From the NCBI GenBank assembly GCA_002104945.1, contig MCFH01000126.1, positions 1 through 34,954 of the forward strand: DNA of 34,954 nucleotides, in the 5' to 3' direction. The translations under genes were made by a program, and so were the position numbers. The number at the start of each line of letters is the position of its first letter. The stretch's first letter is position 1. Origin of the DNA: Piromyces finnis finn. Lineage: Eukaryota > Fungi > Neocallimastigomycota. The notes under the pieces are model-generated. The model saw only the letters and a program-made list of their open reading frames with translations. It did no database searches and was not told the origin of the DNA. Shown here in pieces: positions 1 through 12,700 of the stretch.

Positions 1-780
1 TAAAAGAAATTATCACATTCATAGAAGATTAGAATTTATTTTAATAATTTATATATATAATATATAAGACATTCTCTAAATCCGATTAAAAGTAACAGAT
101 TATTATTGTATATAAATTAACATGTATTTTTCAATAAATTGTTCAATTTAGAACTACTTAAATTTTTAAAATTTATTTTTTAAAATGTTTTTAAAGAATA
201 TTAATCATTTATGCTTTATTATGAAACACTATTATTTTAAATAAAGAACTTTAATTGAATATTTTTTTATATATTAATATTTATAATAAACAATAGAATT
301 CCATATTTTTAATATATTTATTAAGTTCATTTATAATAAAAAATTTATTATTATTTTCATTGTATATTATTTATATAATATTTATATATTAATTATTAAA
401 TAATATGTATTATATATTTTATATATAAATATAATTATTATATAGAGAATTTCATATTATTTAAACCAATAAACTTAAATAATTAATTTGGATATTATAA
501 ATATATTATATTTAATTTATTCTTAATATTTAGACGGCATGTAATTAATTTATTTAAATTGTTACACAATTAAATTTCTTTATAATTATAATATTTATAT
601 AATAATTAAAAATATATTTAGCGATTTCGATTTTATAAAAGATTAAAATCACATTTAAAATATTATAAAATTTATAAGTGTAGTATCATAAACATTAATC
701 CTATATATTAAATAGTTTCAATATGCAAGTTTTACTTTCAATTATATTAAAATTCTAAACAAATTATTAAATGTAAATTA

Positions 781-1013
781 CAAAATAAAATATTATTTAT
801 ATTAATATAATTAATGTATATTTATATTTTAGCCGTCAATTTATTTTAATGTACAATTCTAGAATTTATTATATAATGAAAAGTTTAATATACATTAAAT
901 TTATTATTTAACAATAGTTAATTATAAAAATATTAGTTTATATCATTAAATAATAGCTTTTTTTTAAAAAAATAATAAAAAAATATGCTTGTTAATTCAA
1001 AATTAATTGTTAT
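781..1013 (+). promoter_or_regulatory. Orphan diverged copy of the subtilase promoter plus first ~10 codons (MLVNSKLIVI)
   Basis: Direct-repeat similarity to 3140-3365, e.g. agccgtcaatttattttaatgtacaattctagaatttatt vs agccatcaatttactttaatgtacaatctagaatttatt. ATG at 985 (atgcttgttaattcaaaattaattgtt) mirrors ATG 3337 (atgcttgttaatttgaaattaatagtt). Similarity is lost after ~1013. Confidence 0.8.
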
Positions 1014-1995
1014 ATTTTATTTATAAAATTTAAATTATAATTATGATAATAAGATTTAATATATAAAAGCATAGAATATAAAATGTTAATAGCTTAAAAA
1101 GAGTATATTCAAATAATTTACGTTATGATATTTCTTTATTGTTAATTTTAATTTATAAATATGAATTAAATTCTATTTAATGATTTTTAATGAAAATAAT
1201 TTCAAAATATAAACTAATTTTTTGTAATAATAAATATTATTATGTTATACAGAAAATATATAAAAAATATTTAGAATAATGTAATAAAACTTTTTTATTT
1301 AATTAGGTTTTTACTTTATGTTGAATTTATTAATTATATAATTTTTATTAGTATCCTATACATGATACATATATTTATAAACATTTATAATCAAATACAA
1401 TTAAATATATTATAACATACTCTAGTTAAATTTAATATAAAACCATACATTTAATGTAAATATAAAATGATATAATGAGAGTGTATATATTTTTTTTCAA
1501 TTTTTATATAAATAAATAATAATTAAATATTAAAAATATAACTTTTTTACAATAGACTATAATAAGTAGATATAAAAAATAAATAAATATATACTTTTTA
1601 CATTTTATTTATTAAATTATTAAATATTAAATATAATTTTAATTTTAATTTTTATTACAATTTCCATAAATAATATAGAATATAATTCAAATTTATTAAA
1701 TAATTTTTTAAAATTTAAAAAATTATTTAAAATAAATTAAATTAATATATATATTGAAATATTGAAATAAAAAATTAATGAATTATTTAATATATATATA
1801 TAAATTATTTGAATTTTTATTTAACTTTTTTTAATAAATTTTCTACTTTAATTGTGGTTGAAATTATATTATTTGTTGTTATATAATAATAATAGCTTTA
1901 TACTCTGTTGTTGTTAGAGTTTCAATATAATTTTTATTTTTGTTCTATTCTATTTATAATTTTTGTATGAATTAGGGTTTTTATATTCTTTTATT

Positions 1996-3062
1996 TTAAT
2001 ATATCTGAGTAATAAAGATAATATGGTATGCAATGCCATTATTACTGGTTAACAATTTGTTATTTTTTTTTATAAACAATAATATTTGGTGAATCTCTAC
2101 TTTTTTATTTTCATAATTATTAAATGATTCCATCAATTTAAAAATATAATTAGTTTTGGAACATTTATTTATAGTTAAATAATATGATTTATTACTTCTT
2201 TCTTTACTAATATTTAAACAATAGTCAGATGAACTTCCATTATTATTTACTAAATACATATATATAAAGGATTGTTTTCATTTTTTATTAAACAATTAAT
2301 ATATTTACTGAGTGATTTATTATTTCCACAATATTTTGCCTTAATTAAATTAAAATTTTTTAATTCATTAACTCCAAAATAATAATTTTCACCTAAACAT
2401 TCTTATAAATATTGCTATATTAATTTTTAGTTGTAATACTAATTTCTGTTATGGCTAATATCTCGGTAATATTTTTGTAATAAATTAAAGTTTATTTAAA
2501 CTTTCTTTAATACTAAATGGTATTGAAATAATTAAATTATTATTTTTATTGTTATATTGAATACAATTACCAATTCAAATTGGGCATCCATTATCACGTC
2601 ACAGTTATTTTTTACTTTCCCCATAATATCCATATTTACTACAACATTTATTATAGTTACATTTAATATTACGATATTGTGCTCCACATCTTTTATCTTC
2701 TATATAATTTTCATATTCAATAGCAACGTCTGAACGATTATAATTTCCTTTATATTTCAACATTCTTATTAATAGTATAAGTATATATTTCATTAATATA
2801 TTATTAATCACATTCCATTTTATAATATGAACATAAAAATTTATATTTTGAGAATCCAATATTTTATTCAGAAGAATATATTCCATTGTGGATTATTAAC
2901 TGTAGTAAATTCTGAATTAGCATCCCATAATTCATAAGATATATAATCCCAATTTGAATGATTTATTATACCTGGGTAATTTCCATTCTCATCTTCTAAT
3001 ATATTTATATATATATGGTCAAATTAAAATCTTTAATTTATTAATATTTGGAAATAAACCAT
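1996..3062 (-). pseudogene. Pseudogene: CBM18 (hevein-like chitin-binding) plus ricin-B-like lectin protein, left-arm copy
   Basis: ORF pieces 2605-2886 (RCGAQY..KCNYNKCCSKYGY) and 1996-2259 (DYCLNISK..LTINKCSK). Mirror of 17655-18725, with multiple frameshifts. Confidence 0.75.
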
Positions 3063-3336
3063 TGGATTAAATATTTTATAAATAATATATTTACACCTTT
3101 TCCGTAATTTGAATTTTTATGCTTCTATAATATTTAAAACAAAATATAAATATTTATTTATATTAATATAATTAATATATAATTATATTTTAGCCATCAA
3201 TTTACTTTAATGTACAATCTAGAATTTATTCTATAATAAAATTTAATTTACATTAAATTTATTATTTAATAAAAGTTATAAAAATATTAGTTTATTGCAT
3301 AAAATAATATCTTTCCTCCTTTAAAAATAATAAAAA

Positions 3337-5154
3337 ATGCTTGTTAATTTGAAATTAATAGTTATTAATATTGTATTAATATTATTCTACAAATTTATAT
3401 TTTGTAGTAATGAAATTACCGAATATAAAGAAGACGATTATTATTTAATTTATGTTAATAATACATATTTAGGTAATAGTCATTCAAATAAGTATTTTAA
3501 AAAGCAACAAGAGATAATGAATTCATTGAGGAATTCATGAATACTCTTGATGCTTGATAGAAAAAAAATCAAATACTTATAAAAACCAAGAAAAATTAGA
3601 AAAAATATCTAAACTACACTCATTAAAAAAAAGAGAAAACAGTATAAATATTAATGAATATTCAACTTATGGAAAGCAACTCTAGGTGAAACATCAGTAT
3701 TCTTGCTTATCTTTTAATAATTTAGTTGACATTATAAAATCATTTCCTTTCGTAATTAGTTGTGAAAGGATATGGAATATCAGTCGCATTCATATTATAG
3801 CAAATCTGACATTTTATTAGAAACACAATGGAATAATATTAGTATAAAAAAGAATACAGATTTACATTTATCATTAATATCTCAAGGTATGTTTAATGAA
3901 AAATTAATAAATAAATATGATACAAACTATTATTATCCTGAATCATCAGGAGAAGCATTGACATTTTCATATTAGATACAAGTTTCGATTTTAGAACTAA
4001 AGATTTTTCAAATATAGAAAAACGCATTGTAAAATGTGCAATAAACATTACAGACGGCGATAGAAAAATACCAAAATCCTCGAAATTTTGTTTTTCTTCA
4101 TTAAATCAAAATAATCATGGTAAGGAGTTGCTTCAGTAGCGGCTGGATAAATCATGGGGTTGCTAGTTTATCCAATATATATGGGATTTTAATTAATAAA
4201 TCAATGACGTTAATATTATTGAATCTCTTAGATACATTTTATCAATATGTAGAAATAATAAAGGTATTATTATTATGACTTTTGGAGGTAACTACGAATT
4301 AAATGGAAAACAAAGTAATCTATTAAATATATTGAAGAATTTATTGGAAGGTTTTCAAGCATGGGCATAATTACAGTTGTTTCCGCGGGAAATGAAGGAG
4401 TAAATGTTTGTGATAAAGAAAAAACTTAGTACAATATCCATGCTTCTATAAAAATGTAATTTGTGTAGGTGGGATTGATAATGTTGGTGGTGACGATAAA
4501 TATGACATTTCGATGAGCGAGGCCTCTACCAATATTATGAATAATAAATATTATAGAAAAGCAAAGAACTCAAATTATGGAGAATTTGTAAATATTTATG
4601 CGCCATATTATGTTAAATATGATTATTGTGATATTAATAATAAATGTAGAACAATAGTCAATAGAGGTACATCCTTTTCAGCACCAATTGTAGCAGGTGT
4701 GATTGCAACAATTATGAGTGAGAATAATGATGTAAAATTTATTATACGACTGTTCTAAATTATTTGAATAAATTGGGTTTAAAGAATATTATTAATGGAA
4801 TTACAGAAGGACCTAATTTATTCATTAATAATGGAAAGCATGTTGTATATTCAAAAGACTATATTTATTACGGATGTGGAATTAATTCAGGGAAATCAAT
4901 CTTGTGAAAACAATCAATGTTGTGGTGCAAATGGAAAATGTTATAATCATAGTAACGATTTATGCAAAACCAGCAATGGATGTCAAGTTGAGTATGGTAA
5001 ATGTAATATTATAACAAGCAATTCAAAAATAACTTGTGTGGATTTAGTTATGGAAATGCCATTCAGGATATTGTTGTTCTTATGAAGGAATTTGTGGAAA
5101 AACAAATGATCATTGTGGCGTGGTTGTCAAAAAAACTATGGTCATTGTCTTTAA
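3337..5154 (+). CDS. Secreted subtilisin-like S8 serine protease with prodomain and two C-terminal CBM18 domains, left-arm copy. Frames are broken by many 1-bp deletions (possibly sequencing errors).
   Basis: Signal-like N-terminus MLVNLKLIVINIVLILFYKFIFC. S8 motifs appear across frames: YYYPESSGEG(I)DIFILD, cat-ggt (HG) at 4116-4121, VVSAGNE, YAP, NRGTSFSAPIVAGVIA. CBM18 repeats CENNQCCGANGKC...GCQVEYGKC and (C)CSYEGICGKTNDHCG.GCQKNYGHC. Stop TAA at 5152-5154. Confidence 0.88.
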
Positions 5155-6470
5155 GTAAGCTCATTATAAAATGTTAATTATTTTTATTTATAATTTAATA
5201 TGATAGTAAATTTTAAATAAAAGATATATTTATATTAAATTTATTTTTCAAAATATATTTAATGTAGTAATTAAAAAAATTGAAATAAAGAATTTAAAAT
5301 AAAATTAATAAATAAAAATAAAACTTCCAAAAAAAACATAACTGATTAAGAAATCATTTATTAATATAATTTATTGCTTTTAAATATATAACTTGAATAC
5401 TTTGTCTTTAAAATTATTTAAAAATTTTATAGCTTATTTTTATTATTTTATTTATATATAATTTTCCTTTATATCAAATTCAAATTTGTAAATAGTTTAA
5501 AAAAATATTTTTTATAATTTTAATATATTTTAATATTAAATAACATTTTTTATTATTATTTTTAAATTTAAATATAGTATTATTTAACTATGTAAATTTT
5601 TTGAAAATTTTTTTAAAAAAAAAAAAGTATTTCACTTTTATTTTATTTTGTTATAATTTTATTTTAACTTTACTATAAGAAAATATTCAAATGAAATGTA
5701 AAATTAAATTTAAAAATCATTTATTAATTTTAAAACTGGAAATTATGTATATATTTTTAATTCTTTATGAGTTTTTTAATATTTTTTAAGGTAAAGTCTA
5801 GGAATTTATATTCTTCTTTTAATGTAAATTACATCTCTAATCTTGTTTTGTGTCACGTGTATATCATTGAAATAATAAATTTATTAATTTATGTTTTCTT
5901 TACATATTATTCTTATTTTATTCCACCTCTAAAAATATTATATTCAACCATTGAGAAGAAAAATAAAAAATGATAGTAGAAAAACTATATATATTAAGAT
6001 CTCAAATAAAAATAATATGTTTATTACTATATTTTTATCAATTTAAATAAAGTATTATTCAATAAAATAATAATATTCCTAATATTTAAAATTGTATACT
6101 AATTTTTTAGCTATTTTTTTTTTTTTTTTTTCATTTTTTTATTTAATTATTCAATCATTAAAAAAATTAGATCAAAAGGTTTTTTAATATTTGAACGTTA
6201 ACATGAATAAAAAACTTCATTTTATTACTTTTTTATTATATTTTTATTTTAAAAAATAATTATCATACGGATTTATTAATATAAAATAAAATATATATAT
6301 TTTTTTTTTGAATTATTTATTTTTAAGATATCCTTTTAATATAATCAACAAATCACTTAAAACATTTATAAAATCTGTTTTTAATTGCTATGAATAATAA
6401 ATTGATCTTTCTATTATCTCTCCTAAATTTTTTAATTCTTTTAAAATATATTTTGAAATTTATTTATTTA

Positions 6471-6494
6471 GTTAGTTAGTTAGTTAGTTAGTTA
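6471..6494 (+). repeat. (GTTA)6 microsatellite; mirror (TAAC)5 at 14186-14205
   Basis: Directly visible. The unit number differs between the arms (6 vs 5). Confidence 0.9.
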
Positions 6495-6679
6495 CTTGTT
6501 TATTTGAAATGAATATACAATATACAATACAAATACTAGGAAGATAATATACTTCTTGCATTTATTATTTAATTTGTGATTTACATTAAGTATAATACAC
6601 ATTAATATAATAAATATTAAATAAAAATAATAAAATATATATATAAAGATAAAAATAAAATTTAAAATAATATTGCATA

Positions 6680-7075
6680 AAAGTTCAATTATTCTGTAAA
6701 TTTACTATGTGGAAATGGTCTACCTAATAAACTAATTGAAATAAAAAAAGAGAATATCAGGTATTATAGTATGGTATCCATTAAACTCTCTTATGAGTTC
6801 TTTAGGCTTTCATTCGAAGAAATATTAATATTGGAAAGACTTCAGCGCTCTTGATTACGTTAGGTTTTTACTAAACTTATCAAAAAGTAGTTTCATTGAT
6901 CTATTAATGATAAGAATTGTTTTAGTAGAAAAAACTGCGAAACTCTCTACATATGAAACATGAAACCCCGATGAACTGTAAAGCTGTTAACTTAAATATC
7001 TCTTGTTCCACCTTATTGATTTATAGTATATCATAAGCGAAAGTTCCACCAAGAAGGAACGAAGGAACGTAATCA
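6680..7075. other. GC-elevated island, probable decayed coding or transposon relic (mirror ~13600-14000)
   Basis: Clearly higher GC than the flanks. A protein-like stretch LPNKLIEIKKENIRYYSMVSIKLSYEFFRLSFEEILILERL is followed by frequent stops. No family recognised and strand uncertain. Confidence 0.35.
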
Positions 7076-10000
7076 ATAATATAATACATAACCTAATAAG
7101 AAATTCAAAATGAATTTAAAATTTTTAACTTTTAATAAGTGACTGAAAATAATCTAGTATATAAATATTTCATTTGATTTCCTTCTTCTTCTTGATATAT
7201 TTATTATTAAAATATTTTGCTAAAAAAAATAAAAAATCTTTAAATAATTATACAAAAGCATATTAATATTATGTATATTATGTAAGTTAATATTTAATAA
7301 TTATAAAAAATATATTAAAATATAATGATTATTATGGATATTAAAAATAAGAGACATTATTTTTGTAATAGTTAAATATTTTGATTTGCCCTATTCATAT
7401 ATATGTAAATAATTTGGAAAAATAATTATCTAAATTAGCAACTTTAACATCTAATTTTTATTTTTTTTTTATTTTCAATAGCATGTAAATCGTATAATTA
7501 AAGCCATGAAACTTAAATGTAATTAATAAAAATTTTTGTTTTTTCATACTTAATTATTATAATAAAATTTGTTTTAAATGTCATGATAAATGATTATAAT
7601 TTAAAATTAATTTGTATATATTAATATAAAAAAAATGTTAATATATTGTATAATGAAACATTTTCTATTTCTTATTTTCAAAATTATTATTATCATCATT
7701 TATCTTGACTTAGCCATCTCTTTTTATTATTTCTTTAATATTAACTATTTTCGCTTTAAATTTTCTGAATATTGACCATTTTTTAAATAAAATATATAGA
7801 ATTGATATCAACTTTAATTAATATTACTACTTTTAACATTATTGCTTATTACTATTATTATTATCTTTAATATTATTATTACTTATATTTATATTTTTAT
7901 TTCTATTGTTATTATTATCATTGTCATAACTATTATCGCTTCTGCAATTATTGATAAAATTATTTAAGCAGATTTTATAATATAATTGATCTTGATCTTA
8001 AGATTGTATTGCGTAATATGGATATAACTTAATATTTCATTAACCTATATTCAATACTATAAATAACAATTTTCAAATAAAGATAATAAACCAATAAATT
8101 AAATCAATTATTTTGATTACTTTAACTTAGCACCCTTAGTAATAGACGATAGTAAACAATGGATGATTATATCACAATTTAATTTAAAGCTTTAGTTTCT
8201 CAAATATTCATTTACATAATAATGTTAATCTTTTATTGATTTCATTTTGTATCCTTTCTAATAAAAGTTTTAATCACACTAAATAATTTATATTGTTTTA
8301 AATTTTATTATTATAATCATTATTATTGTTGTTGTTGTTGTTGAAAATGATATTCAATTTATTTTATTGTTTATTTTCCAAATTTTTAATGTAATTGAAT
8401 AAGTAAATGATAAAACAATTCGAATTTTTCTGTCTTTTTTTAAAAAAAATATTTAATATCTATTCTGCAATATTTTATATTTTGATGATAATGATGAAAT
8501 ATACAATTTTTTAATAGAATATAAATATGAATTTATATAACTATGTAAACTTTTACAATTAATCGTATTCTATTAATAAAATCCTTTTGAATAATCCTAT
8601 GTTTATTTCTATTTTAGTCAAGTAATGGAATATAATGTTGATGCTCTGTTAATTATTTATAAATCACGTACTAATTTTTTTAAAATAAATAAACTGAAAC
8701 GGATCCTTCTAAAATTTTGTTATTTAGAAATTTATAACTGATTATTTCCTTTAATGTTACATTTATATCAGTATAATAGAAGAAATCGGATTAAGTTTTG
8801 TAGGAAAATAGAATATTGAATCTTTCATGTTATTAGAATCATTTGATAAAATTCTTTATATATATGTTCCAAGTAATTATCTTTTTCATCAATTATTTCA
8901 AGAATCTTTTTGACATTATTAACTATATTTTCTACAAAGGTTCTACCATAATAATGTATATATCCTAAAATAATTCCAAATCTTATTATTTTAAAAATGT
9001 GTTAATTAATCTGATTTTTATAATTTACTTTAAAATGATTTCCAACTTTTTCAAAAAATAAATATAAATGCTTAAAAAACAAGAAATATTAACTTACTCA
9101 AAAAAAGCCACAAAATAATTTTATTGTTATTTATATTTTTTCATTTTGAAATTGATAACAATTAATATAACCCATTTATACATTGACAATACATAAATTA
9201 ATTATTACATTTGGAATTTAAAAAAGATCTATTTTTGATTAAAGAATTACAATTGTTTAGCTGGAATTATTTTTTTATTATTTAAATTTTTCTTATTTTA
9301 ATATATTATAATGCTACAATTTTTAAAATGATATATTTATATAATAAAAAAATAAAATATTTAAATCTTTATACATAATATTTAAATATTAATATACATT
9401 AATGCATAAGAATATATTATATACATTATATTGTATTATTTTTATAGGCCACAATATAAAATATAGAATTATAAAATTAAATAATTCTTTGTAACTATTT
9501 TATTGGAATTTGTAAAATAAATTGAAAAGTATTTTATTACATTAATATATAAGCCACAATATAAATATATGTCATTGATTTTAAAGAACAGTAAAGTATT
9601 TATATTTATATAGTATTTCTTTATCATAAAATATTAATGAAGTTGACTTGATATAAAACTATAAATCCTTATTAAAGGATTTTTTTACTATATTTAATTA
9701 TTAAAGATGTATAATTATAAAATCAAATTTATTGAGTTTTAATAAATAAATAAAAAATAATTGAATTTAGGCCTTTATATTTAGATTAAGTATATTTTAA
9801 ATGATTTATTAAACATCAAAACTGCTATATTTCTTCATTTAAAAAAATATATTATTAGTTAATAATATTATTGAAATAAAATTATTAAAATATCTTTTAT
9901 TCATTTATAATACTTTATTTAACTATTTTCATTATAAAACTGTATAGTATTTTAGAATTGTATATATTTTATAAGTATATTTTTATTGAAATTGAAATTA

Positions 10001-11549
10001 ATATTTAAAATTATAAAGGTTTGTTTATAATATTTAATATTTATTGATTTTGTTATGTTTAAATTTAAATATTTTATTTTAATATATATATACAAATTTA
10101 TATATTTAGTTTTATAATAATACACATGGAATAACTAATTATCTAAATTTTTTTAGAATTCACTATAGTTTCTAGTGTATTGTGGTTATTTTTAATATCT
10201 TAATATGTAAATGATTGTAAATATTTTTTATAATTTAGTATCAATAAGGAAAATAAATATGTAATAAATGGAAAAGGTTAAATTATAACAAAATTTTATT
10301 TTTGAATAACTAATCCATTTAGATATAATTTTTATTATTTCTTAGAAAATATTTTACATTTTTCATTTTATTCTATATTTATAGGATTTTTATAATATAA
10401 TTAAATCCTTACAAATTACACTAGTAAAACTAATAGTGAATTCTTAAAAAGATTTAGATAATTCTAAAGGTCTTATTTCCATTGTTGTATTATTATTTTA
10501 AAGATCTATATTAATTATAATTAATTTTTGTAATATTATATGATTAATAATAAATATATATATTTAATATTTATAAATAACCACAAAATTTTCAATTAAA
10601 TATATTAAATTATTATAATTATACAAGACCTTTATAATTTTAAAATATATAATTTCCAATTTCAATAAAAAATATACTTATAAAATATATTACAATTCTA
10701 AAAAATACTATAACAGTTTTATAATGAAAATAGTTAAATGAAAGTATTATAAATGAATAAAAGATATTTTAATAATTTTATTTCAATAATATTATTAACT
10801 AATATATATATTTTAAATGAAGAAATATAGCAGGTTTTGATGTTTAATAAATCATTTAAAATATACTTAATCTAAATATAAAGGCCTAAATTCAATTATT
10901 TTTTATTTTATTTATTAAAACTCAATAAATTTGATTTTATAATTATGACATCTTTAATAATTAAATATAGTAAAAAAATCCTTTAATAAGGATTTATAGT
11001 TTTATATCAAGTCAACTTCATTAATATTTTATGATAAAGAATACTATATAAATAAATACTTTACTGTTCTTTAAAATCAATAATATATTTATATTGTGGC
11101 TTATATAATTAATGTAATAAATACTTTTCAATTTATTTTACAATTCCAATAAAATAGTTACAAAGAATTATTTAATTTTATAATTCTATATGTTTATATT
11201 GTGGCCTATATAAAATATATACAATAATGTATATAATATATTCTTATGCATTTAATGTATATTACATATTTAAATATTATGTATAAAGATTTAAATATTT
11301 ATTTTTTATTATATAAATATATACATTTTAAAAATTGTAGATTTATAATATATTAAAATAAGAAAAATTTAATAATAAAAAAATAATTCCAGCTAAACAA
11401 TTGTAATTCTTTTAATCAAAAATAGATCTTTTTAAATTCCAAATGTAATAATTAATTTATGTATCGTCAATGTATAAATGGGTTATATTAAATTGTTATC
11501 AATTTCAAAATGAAAAAATATAAATAACAATAAAATATTTTGTGGCTTT

Positions 11550-12700
11550 TTTTGAGTAAGTTAATATTTCTTGTTTTTTAAGCATTTATATTTATTATTT
11601 TGAAAAAGTTGGAAATCATTTTAAAGTAAATTATAAAAATCAGATTAATTAACACATTTTTAAAAATAATAAGATTTGGAATTATTTTAGGATATATACA
11701 TTATTATGGTAGAACCTTTGTAGAAAATATAGTTAATAATGTCAAAAAGATTCTTGAAATAATTGATGAAAAAGATAATTACTTGGAACATATATATAAA
11801 GAATTTTATCAAATGATTCTAATAACATGAAAGATTCAATATTTTATTTTCCTACAAAACTTAATCCGATTTCTTCTATTATACTGATATAAATGTAACA
11901 TTTAGAAGGAAATAATCAGTTATTAAATTTCTAAATAACAAAATTTTAGAAGGATCCGTTTCAGTTTATTTATTTTTAAAAAATTAGTACGTGATTTATA
12001 AATAATTAACAGAGCATCACATTATATTCCATTACTTGACTAAAATAGAAATAAACATAGGATTATTCAAAAGGATTTTATTAATAGAATACGATTAATT
12101 GTAAAAGTTTACATAGTTATATAAATTTCATATTTATATTCTATTTAAAAAATTTGTATATTTCATCATTATCATCAAAATATAAAATATTGCAGAATAG
12201 ATATTACAATATTTTTTTTTTAAAAAAAGGCAGAAAAATTCGAATTGTTTTATCATTTACTTATTCAATTACATTATAAAATTTGGAAATAAACAATAAA
12301 ATAAATTGAATATCATTTTCAACAACAACAACAACAATAATAATGATTATAATAATAAATTTAAAACAATATAAATTATTTAGTGTGATTAAACTTTTAT
12401 TAGAAAGGATACAAAATGAAATCAATAAAAGATTAAATTATTATGTAAATGAATATTGAGAAACTAAAGCTTTAATTAAATTGTGATATATCATCCATTG
12501 TTTACTATCGTCTATTACTAAGGGTGCTAAGTTAAAGTAATCAAAATAATTGATTTAATTTATTTGGTTTATTATCTTTATTTGAAAATTGTTATTTATA
12601 GTGTTGAATATAGGTTAATGGAATATTAAGTTATATCCATATTACGCAATACAATCTTAAGATCAAGATTCAATTATTATTATAAAATCTGCTTAAATAA
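11550..12700 (+). pseudogene. Probable decayed gene relic of unknown family (mirror ~8000-9100 on minus)
   Basis: Short protein-like pieces such as GYIHYYGRTFVENIVNNVKKILEIIDEKDNYLEHIYKEFYQMILIT (11690-11830, preceded by ttttag) and modestly elevated GC. No long ORF. Confidence 0.3.

Larger units (their letters stand above)
1..10293 (+). repeat. Left arm of giant imperfect inverted repeat (palindrome)
   Basis: Window start taaaagaaattatcacattcatagaaga is the reverse complement of tcttctatgaatgtgataatttctttta ending at 20778. Colinear reverse-complement matches were followed at many spot checks (e.g. 3337 ATG vs 17376, 5852 vs 14829, 6471 vs 14205) to an axis near 10293 (aaatgga 10266 pairs with tccattt 10320). 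The arm may extend left of the window. Confidence 0.97.

Noticed and set aside
5852-5859. GTCACGTG (CDEI/bHLH E-box; mirror 14822-14829) next to very AT-rich DNA, point-centromere-like
   Set aside because: No CDEIII-like element at the expected distance, and point centromeres are not expected in this lineage. A single motif is insufficient.
5767-5973. 68-aa ORF; likewise 13662-13871, 15678-15896 and 34358-34573
   Set aside because: Short, low-complexity or alternate-frame. 5767-5973 is not preserved as an ORF in the mirror arm.
6471-6494. (TTAG)n as a telomere-like repeat
   Set aside because: Only 5-6 internal units, which is an ordinary microsatellite.
10161-10438. CACTA...TAGTG ends suggesting a CACTA transposon at the palindrome centre
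   Set aside because: The symmetry is explained by the palindrome itself. There is no 3-bp TSD, subterminal repeats or transposase.
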